From the human T2T-CHM13v2.0 reference genome, Homo sapiens: 64,000 bases of DNA. How positions within the stretch are numbered: position 1 is the first letter of the stretch; every line of letters begins with the position of its first letter. The stretch lies in assembly GCF_009914755.1 (NCBI RefSeq), contig NC_060926.1. One strand, written 5' to 3'. The notes under the pieces were generated by a model. That model worked only from the letters and a program-made list of their open reading frames with translations. It searched no databases and had not been told where the DNA came from. Shown here one piece after another: positions 48,226-64,000 of the stretch. Both the position numbers and the translations under genes were made by a program.

Positions 48226-48575
48226 AGTAGTGGTCCTGCATCAAAATCAGCTGACAAACTGGTTAAAACACATATTGCTGGGCCCAACCCTTAGAGTTTC
48301 TGTTTCAGTAGGTCTTGGGTGGGGACCTGAAAATTTGCATTTTTAAGTTCCCAGATGATGCTGATGCTGCTGGTCCAGGGACTGCATTTTATGAACCTCT
48401 GCTTTGGAACATTGGTGTCCAAATCTGACTACGTACCAGCCTCAAATGTAGAATGTTAAAAGTATATAACTTCCTGGATTGGCTGTAGGCTTGAAGAATC
48501 AGATACTCTGGGAGTGGGATCCAGGAACCTGCATTTTGAAATAGATTCCCAGCTGTTATTTCTGCAGTGGTCCTG
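48226..48575. mobile_element. Two adjacent MER5-family MITEs
   Basis: AGAGTTTCTGTTTCAGTAGGTCTTGGGTGGGG...TGCATTTTTAAGTTCCCAGATGATGCTGATGCTGCTGG and AATCAGATACTCTGGGAGTGGG...AACCTGCATTTT. Confidence 0.7.
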
Positions 48576-48735
48576 ACAATATTTTGGATAGTTACTGGGG
48601 ACCACAGCATCTGAGGGCACTGATCAGTCAGACCACCTCCCCCCACCCTTTAGGCAAAGTGACAGAGAGGCTGGTGTATTTCTTCCTAACAGGATGGAAG
48701 CAGCCCTGAAGAAAATGATGCTTTCTTACTGGTTA

Positions 48736-50250
<1,515 letters not shown>

Positions 50251-51900
50251 TCAATTTAACAAACTTTGCTTCAGTAATGTCACTTCTGGGTATTAATCCA
50301 AAGAAAATAATCCATAATATATTAAAATACACAAATGAATACATATTACAGTATTATTGTAATAGTAAAACACTATAAGCAGTTTGAATGTCTAAAAATA
50401 GGGTATTGATGAAGTAAATACATATACTTGATGGACTTTTATAAGGAAATTTAAATACTGGTTGTTTATTCATTCATACAAAAAAAAATATTTGCCAAGA
50501 TGTCCCCAAAGGGTTAATTTGCACTTTTCCCAGCATTATATTTGCATCTTCAATAATAATGGACATTATCGTCTTTTAAAATAGCTGTCAATGGTATTTT
50601 GTGCTGTTTCATGTATTACTTTTATAGTGGAAACATGCTATTAATAAAATTATATTTTCTAAAAGATTATGTCAGTTAGGGAGAGATGCATATCAAGTGC
50701 TAGGGCTGAATATCAGTGTTTTTATTTCTTTTAGTTCCTGTAATTGTATGCAGCTTAAATTTTGAACTGGTCTAATTCAGGATAACTTTTGCATCTGAAA
50801 AGAACTATTCATTGAAGGCCTGATGGTGTCTTACTTGTTTTCCTCTTACTGAACCCTATATATTTGTTTGATTCCTTTAATTTTTATTGCCCATGAAGAA
50901 CAAATTTCTCATATGTATATTATACTTGTATTCATCGAAATAAGGAATCATATCTAAAATATATCAGGAGCCTTTAAAATATTCTAATATTTAGGCCTAT
51001 TAACTGTATATCTGAAAATAAATAGTAGGGCTCTAAAGCAAAATGGTTTTAACATTTTAAAATTATCCAAATAGTAGAGGAAATATAAGAAAATTATATT
51101 TATAAGGTGGTTAAGAAAATGGGAAGATATAATAACATTAAATGGAAAAATTATGATTGTACTATGTAAAATAAATTCATTATTATACTGTGTAAAATAA
51201 ATGTACTATGATCATAACTATGAAAAAATAAGCATTTAAAATACTACAAAAATTCTAAAATGCTAGCCTGGTTCTACTTGAAGCATGAGAGAATTCAATT
51301 ATTTTTTTCTTTATACTTAGATGTATTTTCCAAATTTCTTCTATAGTGAGCATGTAGTGCTTTTATATTTAGAAAAATGAAAATATATAAAGACTATTTC
51401 AGTTGAAATGGACAGAAATACAACTCTAGTTCAAGCCAAAAAGAGAGAGAAATTGAAGGGAGTAGGGAGAGAGAAAGAGAATTATTTCCTGGATGAATTT
51501 GGCTTCAGGCCCAGATGGAAATTAATCGTCAGGTCTCTCTCTTTCCCCCTCCCCCAATATCTCAGCTCCGCTTCCTCTGTGTGGTGACCTCATTTTCTTC
51601 CATTTTCCAGGCTGCCAGACAAGTAGGTTGCCCACAGCTCTAGGCTTACATCATCTGCTTTAGGAATCCCAGTGGAAAGAGACTGCTCTCTCCCAATGTC
51701 TCTATATCAATTCCAGACAAGAATTCTTAGAGGTGCTGCTTGGCCCACATGTCCACCCCTAAACTAATCACAGTCTCTGGGGAATAGAGTATTAAGATTG
51801 GGCAGGCTTGTGACATATGCCCACATCTGTCCCAGAGAAGAAGATATGGCACTGGAAGAGAGAAATGGCATCATGGCCAGACAAATTAAGAAAGATACTG

Positions 51901-52333
51901 GGGACTGGGAGTAGTGACTCACACCTGCAATCTCAGCACTTTGGGAGGTCAAGACTTGAGGATTGCTTGAGGCCAGGAGTTCAAGACCAGCCTGATAAAT
52001 ATAGTGAGATCATGTCTCTTAAAAAAAAAAAAAGAGGCCAGGCGAGGTGGCTTACATCTAACAATCCCAGTATTTTGGGAGGCCGAGACAGGCGGGTCAC
52101 CTGAGGTCAGAAGTTCGAGGTCAACCTGGCCAACATGGTGAAACCCCATCTCTACTAAAAATACGAAAATTAGCCAGTGTGGCATATGCCTGTAGTAACA
52201 GCTACTTGGGAGGTTGAGGCAGGAAAATTGCCTGAACCCAGGAGGCAGAGATTGCAGTGAGCCAAGATCGCGCCACTACCCTCCCGCCTGGGTGACAGAG
52301 TGAGAAGCCGACTCAAAAAAAAAAAAAAAAAAA
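51901..52333 (+). mobile_element. FLAM-like monomer (51901-52033) followed by AluS (52036-52333)
   Basis: Alu text with two A tails. Confidence 0.88.
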
Positions 52334-53315
52334 CACACAGAAAGCAGTGACTGAAAGTCTAGGAACTGTGGGCCATGGTCCTGCAATGCAAATGTCATCT
52401 AAATTTGCTTTCCTGGCAGTGAAATAAGTTCTTGCTGCCCTGGGTCTGTACATGTGAGGAACAAGTCTCCCTCACCTATCTTATTCCAGAACTGCACATC
52501 TTCCACCACCAACTTCTTGTTGGCCTGATTATGGAGACTGGGTATTGTCTTAGGCTTTGAACAATTATAGGCTTGTTTCCAAGGTGGGGTTTTCAGGCCA
52601 TACAAGTCCCTTCAGACCTCAGCTGACTTTTTGCCAATTTTATACAAGGGGATTCCATAGCCTAGGCACTAATACCAGAAATCTTACCATGCCTTTGCAG
52701 TTTCTGCCTTTTAACACATCTCTGCTTTGCCCATCCTGTAGGCTTTCAAAGTGCCCATCCTATAGTACCCCATAATGACTAACCTGCGTCTGCTGTATCT
52801 CAGTGGATAGTGTTTTGCCACAGGTATGAATTTTAATTATGGTTGGCAGGGAATAACACAGTTGCTTGAGAGAGAGGGATGAGGGAAACAGGATTCCCTG
52901 AATTGTAGGCTCTTACCAAGTCCCTAGTGCATTTCCTGCCTCTCTCCTTTGTGTTAGTTTCAGGTTGGAGGACACAGTTCAGCTTTTTCAAGTCAGCAGG
53001 AATAATCATTGTTTGACCCCCAGTGGTTCTGGATTGCTGGCTGAAGGCAGAACAGGACTTCCCACGTGCTGTTGCATTTCTGCTTTCAGACAAGTGAGCT
53101 TGGATTCAAACTTGTCCCTTCCTCCTAGCTTAGCAGGGCTTCCTCTTAGTATCTCCATGTTTGCATCATCCTGTCTGGCAGTGTGTTCACAGAAATGGGG
53201 CACTGTGTTTGACTGAGCCTGGGTCATGTGCCCATTTTTGAGGGGGTGGAATTTATTGGAGAAAGAGAGAAAGAGTGGGAATACATTCTGAAGTAGACTA
53301 CAAGCTATAGTCTAA

Positions 53316-53470
53316 CCCTTCCCTTCCCTTCCCTTCCCTTCCCTTCCCTTCCCTTCCCTTCCCTTCCCTTCCCTTCCCCTTCCCTCCCCTCCCCTCCCCT
53401 CCCCTCCCCTCCCCTCCCCTCCCCTCCCCTCCCCTCCCCTCCCTTCCCTTCCCTTCCCTTCCCTTCCTTC
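53316..53470. repeat. (CCCTT)12-(CCCCT)~13-(CCCTT)5 pure pyrimidine pentanucleotide tract
   Basis: Read directly; the minus strand is (AAGGG)n/(AGGGG)n. Confidence 0.97.
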
Positions 53471-53499
53471 TACAGGTATGAAAAATCTATAATCTTTTT

Positions 53500-55892
<2,393 letters not shown>

Positions 55893-55949
55893 TGAGCCTA
55901 GCCCACTTATTCATGGAGATAGACTGGAAAATATAACTTCAACATGCTG

Positions 55950-56230
55950 TTAAATTTTTTTGAGTTTTTAAAAATAAACGTTTTACTTCAGAACAATTTT
56001 AGATTTACAGAAAGTTGTAAAGATAGTACAGACCGTCTCTGCATATCTTCCATCCAGTGTCCCCTAATGTTAATATCTTACCTAGCCAGAATATATTTGT
56101 GAAAACCAGGAAATTAACATTGGTACATTACTATTAACTAAACTCCAGACTATATGATTTCACCAGTTTTCCACTAATTTTTTTTTAATTCCAGGATCCT
56201 TTCCAAGATAGCACATTGTATTTAGTGAGC
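55950..56230 (-). mobile_element. L1MC-type 3' end fragment
   Basis: AGAACAATTTTAGATTTACAGAAAGTTGTAAAGATAGTACAG...AACCAGGAAATTAACATTGGTAC. Confidence 0.7.
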
Positions 56231-57657
56231 TAAATTTTGAAACAAATTATTTTTTCAAGTTGTTCCCTGTTAAGCTATGACAATTATGAAGAGTATGGCA
56301 TTTTAATATTTAAGATAAACTATTCATTAGCAAAAACAACACAAGTTGTCAAGATGCCACTTGTTCTGTGATTATAAGCTCCTCGGGGAAGAGCCTCTAT
56401 TATTTGTTTGGCACATTCTAGCTATATATAGTTTCGTACATTCTCTGTAGGATGTAGTTTTCACAGCAGTAAGAGTTGAGAGAAGTATAAGAAGTTTAAA
56501 GTATTTTAACTTTTAGTGGACAACAAGCTCATTCTTTCTAATGTAATTAGCAGAGTTAGAATTTTGTTCTTATGTCATGCTATAAAAGATAGTGTGAATA
56601 TATAGCTTATTAATACATTACAAGTCTAATCGAATTATTGCAGTCTGAGCCACAGAAACTGCAAAAGACCACAGAAAGAGATTCTTTTTCAACCATCTTC
56701 TCCAGGGGGAAAAGGACACTTGCCAACAAAACCCCAAATCTCTCTCTAGGAGTAATATTTGGAGCAATTTGGGGGAAAGTAAAAGTTATTATTCTTTGCA
56801 ATTTTAAATAAAGACATTTTCAGACTGGTAGAAGCTATCTTATATTCAAGGCTCTTTTAAAGAATCTACATATAACTTTCATTTTAAGAGACCAGTATTT
56901 TAGGCATTAAAACAAAAGAGCTATAAAGAATTCTACTTGAAGTCAATTCAAGGACTTAATTCAATCCAAGAGAAATACAGAGCTTAGCTGAGTATATATT
57001 CCAATCTAGTTCCTGCCACAGTTAGGAGGTATCTTCAGGAGCTATCATCAATTATAGGATGACATGCAAAATTCTTGTAGAAAGCATGTGCTCACTCTCT
57101 CCCAGAAAAAAAAATGACTTACCTATTTTGTAAAATCCAAAGAAGGCAAAGACAGAGGAAGAATGCAACAAGGAGCAACAAAGTATTTTGCCAAGCATTA
57201 GAATATAAAGAAGACAAATGAAGATATTATATATTTAACTCTTCATTTGGCAATTTATTTTCTGGAGGAATAAGAAATATAGTAATTTACCTAATTAATA
57301 AAAAGAGAAAATAAAATATTTACATAGCATCTTATTACATTCTAATCACTTGCTCATGTATAATATCTTGAAATGGTAACTGGCGACTATATTTTAGGCA
57401 CAGCTACCATGGGTGCTGGCACAAAGTAAGCAAGGTCTCATTGTCCTCTGAAGGCTTTTCGAATATCACTTCCCCTGGGAAGCTCTTTGATTATTCCCAG
57501 CTCCACTATGAGGGTAGTATCTGCTGTCTGTCCTGTATGTTCCTAACATACTCAACCAATTAATTTTTAAGTAATTAATTTCTATGATAGCACTTATCAC
57601 ATTGTCACCTCTATAGGGACACTATTTTATGCAACTTTTTATCTTCATAAAAAGTAA

Positions 57658-57790
57658 AGCTGGCCATGGTGGTGTGCACCTGTAGTCCCAGCTATCCCAG
57701 AGACTGAGGCAGGGGATTACTTGAGCCCAGGGGTTTGAGTCCAGCCTGGGCAACATAGCAAGACCCTGTCTCTTAACAAACAAACAAAAA
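57658..57790 (+). mobile_element. FLAM monomer
   Basis: Single left-arm-type Alu monomer with A-rich tail. Confidence 0.85.
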
Positions 57791-57801
57791 GTAAGTGACA
57801 G

Positions 57802-58208
57802 TGTTATCGGCTGAATTATGTTCCCCTGCCCCACCTATATTTGAAATCATAACCCCCAGTACCTCAGAATATGACTGTATTTGGAGATGGAAGAGTCTTG
57901 AAAGAGGTGATTCAGTTAAAATGAGATGGTTAGGGTACATCAGTTAGGATACAACTGATGTCCTTATAAAGAAGAGGAAATATGGACACAAAGAGAGTAG
58001 CCAGTAGATACGAATACAGAGGAAAGACCATGTGAGGTCACAGTGAGAAGGTGGCCAACTGCAAGCCAAGAAGACTGAGAAGAAACAAACCCTGCTGACA
58101 CCTTGATCTTCGACTTCTAGGCTCCAGAACTGTGAGAAAATAAATTTCTGTTGTTTAAGGCATCTAGTCTGTGGTGTTTTGTTATGGCAACCCCAGTAAA
58201 CCAATACA
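57802..58208 (+). mobile_element. MLT1B/C-type MaLR solo LTR
   Basis: TGTTATCGGCTGAATT...TTATGGCAACCCCAGTAAACCAATACA; exact 5-bp TSD GACAG at 57797-57801 and 58209-58213. Confidence 0.9.
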
Positions 58209-58869
58209 GACAGTCACAGGTAAATGACAAATAGAAAGTGTTTTAAAAATGAGAGCTATTATGTGTAATTGGCAGTTACTCTGTGTATACATCTTGTATA
58301 TAGATTATTTATGCACATCATTAGCAAGCTTTAGGAATTTATGTCTCTGCATTCATGCTTCCCTTATGATTGTCTTTAAGTTCCATGACCGTCTCTATGT
58401 CTGTTAGGGAGTTGAGTGAATTATTGTTTTTCAAGCTTTGCATTCAAGACATTTTGAGAGAATTCTTAACCATTACAAAGACTTCTATCATACATAAAAT
58501 TGATTCCCTGAGGTAAATCATTGTGTCCTACAATTCAGTTGTATGAATGTTTCATTCAGGTAAGGGGCACAGAAAATTATCAGGATTCAAATTAATTCAG
58601 AAGGAAAATAGCTCTGGATTTTTCATAAATTTGTATTAACTTTTTTCAGAATTCATTTAGATTTTTCATAAGATAATGTGAGAAAATAATGTAAGAGTTT
58701 TGATAATTTTTTACATAAAATGGGGAAAATTAAATTAAAAATGAAAACGTTTAAGTTATTGCTGTTAGGTAAAATAATAAATAAATAAATAATTTCAGGT
58801 CTTACCTGTATGATTCATGGAGTCATAGCCAAAAATGTAACGGATTGCATCATTCTTTGCTCTCAATAC

Positions 58870-59292
58870 TGCAAGGGCTTCCCCTGTTCACCTTGTCTCG
58901 AGGGCTCTGAATGATCTGGCTCCAGGCTACCTGCTCTGACTTTATTTTCTACCTTTTCCCCCTTTTCTCTCTGGGCGTTAGCCACAAGGTCTCCTTCAGG
59001 ATCCTGAAATACACTAATTCCATCTGGCTTTTTCTGAGTCACATGACTTCTCCTTTCTCTTTATTCCAAGCTCTATTTAATGCACCTGATCAGGTCTTCC
59101 CTAATCATCCAGATAAACAGCATCTCTGTCATTCTCTTTCTCCTTACCTATTGTTTTCTTCTTTTTTCAGAGCATCTCTTAATACCTGGGCATTATATCT
59201 TTGTTTATCTGTTTATTGTCTCTCTCTTCCTACTCCATTTTCAGCTCCCCAAGGACAAGAGCTTTGTTAATAAATACTATTGGATGAATATC
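58870..59292 (+). mobile_element. L2 3' fragment
   Basis: ATGATCTGGCTCC...CAGGTCTTCCCTAATCATCC...TAATAAATACTATTGGATGAAT. Confidence 0.65.
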
Positions 59293-59544
59293 TGTAGCAT
59301 CACACACTGAAGTCTGACATAACAGCTTTTCATAGTCCTTAATGATATAATAAATATTGGAATGCAGCAAATAATGATGAAGAGATGTATCCAATTATAC
59401 ACTGATTACATTATGTTGTCCCAGAAATCTCTATATTTGTCATTGTGCTCTGTGTGTTTGACCCCTTTGAAGGTGTCTTCTGCTCAGAACTTTCACCCAG
59501 TGTCTCACAACTGCCCCTGGTCCTCAGAAATAAATCTTTGGTAA

Positions 59545-59815
59545 AAGCAACACTGTTTAATAGAAATAAAATACGTGCCACATATGTACTTTAAAATTAT
59601 CTAGTAATAGTAACACTAATAGTAATTAAAATGAAATGTAGTTCTACAAAAATAATAAAATTGTGTGTAATGGAAAAAAATTAACATTGCTTCAGTTTTA
59701 AAATTTAAATCAATAAAAATTAAATAAAATAAAAAATTCAGTTCCTCAGTGACATTTCAAGTGCTCCATAGCCATATGTGGCTGGGGGCTTCTGTGTGGA
59801 GTAGTATGGGATATA
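59545..59815. mobile_element. MER33/MER3-type hAT MITE
   Basis: CTGTTTAATAGAAATA...AAAATTCAGTTCCTCAGT..CATTTCAAGTGCTCCATAGCCATATGTGGCT. Confidence 0.7.
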
Positions 59816-61284
59816 AAGCACCTGATGCTGCCTCCAAGGCATACCTGATTGGAGCAGCAGCAGCCTGATCCAATCAGATTCCTCTCCCCAGGATTTTGAA
59901 TTTTGAACTGAGATACAGAGAGACCAGAGAAGTTTGGCGCTGAGTCATGCTTGTGGCAGAATTCCAAGGGAAGGTTCATGAGCAGCTGTTGCCAGGGTCC
60001 CCAGAGCTTCCTTAGCTTCCGCTCTTCATGGTTGGTTGTTCAGTTCTTTGGATTCTGTGAGAGAGCCTAATATATTTCCAATAAATTATTTTCTCCCTTG
60101 AGCCACCTCAAGCTGGTTTCTGTTACTTGCAATGATACTAATTTAAATAAATAAATAAATCTTAGCAACAACGTTTTCTTAAAAGGAGATACATAAAATA
60201 ACGTAATTAGGCAGATGTGTATGCAAAACTGCTTTGACTACTTTAGAAAATCTTAATTGTCCACAGTGTTATCGACTGTCAACAAAATGGAACACAGTGT
60301 AGATAATTCAAGAGTAAACTGATACAAAAAGAGCATTTATTTGGTCTTGAAACGCATTTGTGTGAATTGGGGTTGGGGATGGGGGCAGAGCAAAAACAAG
60401 ATACAGCTTTCTAATTGTTTTACAGAGAATTTAATCAGCACGAATTCTCCAAGAATGACACTGATCACACAGCAGGTGCTTGATAAATGCATGTTGATTA
60501 ATTGATTTAGAATACACCAGCTGTCGGTGAAAGAATGTGATCCACAATCAAACCATTTGACAGAAGAAAGCCAGGATGGCTTTTAAAATTAGTAACAACA
60601 TAGAAATCTACATGCAAATAATTCAGAGATGGTGGTGCTGTCTTTGGTTCCCTTCCTAGATGAGAACAAGATAAATCATACTCTGCTTTGGGAAGAAGGT
60701 ATTCAGTGTTTAAGGCTGTAAACAGAGGAACACATTCTCCAGTCATTTGTTTCTAGCAGTATGTATGTATCCGGGAGGCCTTCTGATTGCAGATACCAAG
60801 TTGTGGGAAGGAGAAAGGCAGTGGGAAGCATATGTGATCATAAGTGATCTCCCCTGATCCTGGTGAGCTTTGAATTTTCCTCCTCTTAAATTTCATAAGG
60901 TTGAAAAAGAGAAGTAAAAAAGACTTTTGGAAAGCCAGGCTTAAATGGGTGGAGGGGAATCTAATCAAGCCTCTAGAACTTCTACTGGTTTATAGAAAGT
61001 ATCAGATAAAGAATGCACACAGGGACGCAATCAGCCAAATCTAGGAAGGGGAAAATTCTACAGGACAAATGACCTGGTTTTTTCAATAGATAATAAATTC
61101 TAGAATTATTTTGTAAATAACATGATTGCATTGGACGACAGTGCCCCCTGGTAGAATACTGTTTTAGGCTGGGATCCCTAGATACAAATTCTGGGTGGGG
61201 AGTTGAAAGCAGAAGTTTACTGCAGCAATACCACTGTGAGGAAGTAAGGAAGGTGGGACTGGACACTGAAGAAAGTGACCACAA

Positions 61285-63303
<2,019 letters not shown>

Positions 63304-63379
63304 ATCCAAATATTACTAATTCTTTCCAAGATGCCATTTTACAGTTGTTTTGTTCAAACTAAGACTGAATTATAAGGGA

Positions 63380-64000
63380 TAAAGTCTATAAACTAATATA
63401 AAATATGTCAGATGGTTATTAATACTGCAGAGTAGAGAGGTAAAGTAAAAAGGACTATTTGGTTGGCTGTTTAACCCAGAGTGTTCAGGAAAGTCCTCTA
63501 TGAGAAAGTGACATTTAAACAGAAATGGGAATAAAGTGTTTCAAGGAGAACATAATCAACTGTGTCAAATACTGCAAATGGGTTACATGTAAGAGGATGA
63601 CTGAGGCTTGATCTTTGGATATGACAACAGGAAGGTCACTGGGTACCTTGACTAAAACTGCTTTTGTGGAATGGTCGAGGTAAATGCCTGATTGAAATGA
63701 GGTCAGGAGAGAATAGAAGGAGATGAAGTGGAAACGGTAAATATAGACAAGTTTTTTCAGATAAGGGGAGAAATATAGAAGAAACAATAAATATAGACAA
63801 GTTTTTTTCACATAAGGGGAGACGACAAGTGGGACATTGGCTAGAAGGGATGTGGAAAAATGGATAGTTTTTTTTTCTAAAAGGGAATATTACAGCATGT
63901 TTCATACTAGTAGGAATGATTCAGTAGTAAGAAAACATTGATGGTGCAGGAGAGAGAATAATTCCTGGAGAGAGGGCCTTGAGAATGTGAAAGAGGGCCG
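63380..64000 (-). mobile_element. L2 fragment
   Basis: CAGGAAAGTCCTCTATGAG...ATCAACTGTGTCAAATACTGC...GGATATGACAACAGGAAGGTCACTGG is typical antisense L2. Confidence 0.7.

Noticed and set aside
53316-53470. RFC1 CANVAS locus
   Set aside because: Motif similarity only; the tract is not an Alu poly(A) tail and no RFC1 exons are seen.
60507-61284. Three consecutive minus-strand ORFs (71-100 aa) in low-repeat sequence
   Set aside because: No recognisable homology or convincing splice signals; lengths are compatible with chance and the last overlaps repeat relics.

Overview
Primate, very probably human, non-coding genomic DNA (a pristine AluYa5-type fragment is present) made almost entirely of transposable elements. 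No intact protein-coding gene, rRNA, tRNA or CRISPR array can be supported; the long ORFs in the track derive from L1, Alu, MER52 or Tigger1. Main content: a Tigger1 DNA transposon carrying a MER21 LTR, two Alus and a BTF3 processed pseudogene (short-isoform junction); an L1M>MLT1>MER52 nest; two full-length, same-orientation, dead L1s (L1PA3-like 11306-17565 and L1PA5/6-like 31357-37530); a U6-L1MA chimeric retrocopy (25131-25717); an LTR8; an old L1MB backbone riddled with Alus; about 45 Alus plus L2, MIR, MER5 and MaLR relics. I did not find a new gene system. The most interesting signals are rearrangement scars readable from target-site duplications (TSDs) and shared mutations: (1) a 5'-inverted, twin-primed AluYa5 in L1 ORF2; (2) a ~1 kb Alu-to-Alu segment copied into a third Alu 5.1 kb away and later partly gene-converted; (3) an identical frameshifting deletion and other private mutations shared by the two L1s of different subfamilies, implying ectopic gene conversion; (4) templated-insertion and template-switch scars; (5) three cases of repeated insertion into one target site; (6) weak candidate minus-strand exon relics at 57-59 kb. 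Subfamily names come from recalled consensus sequences and need RepeatMasker/Dfam confirmation.
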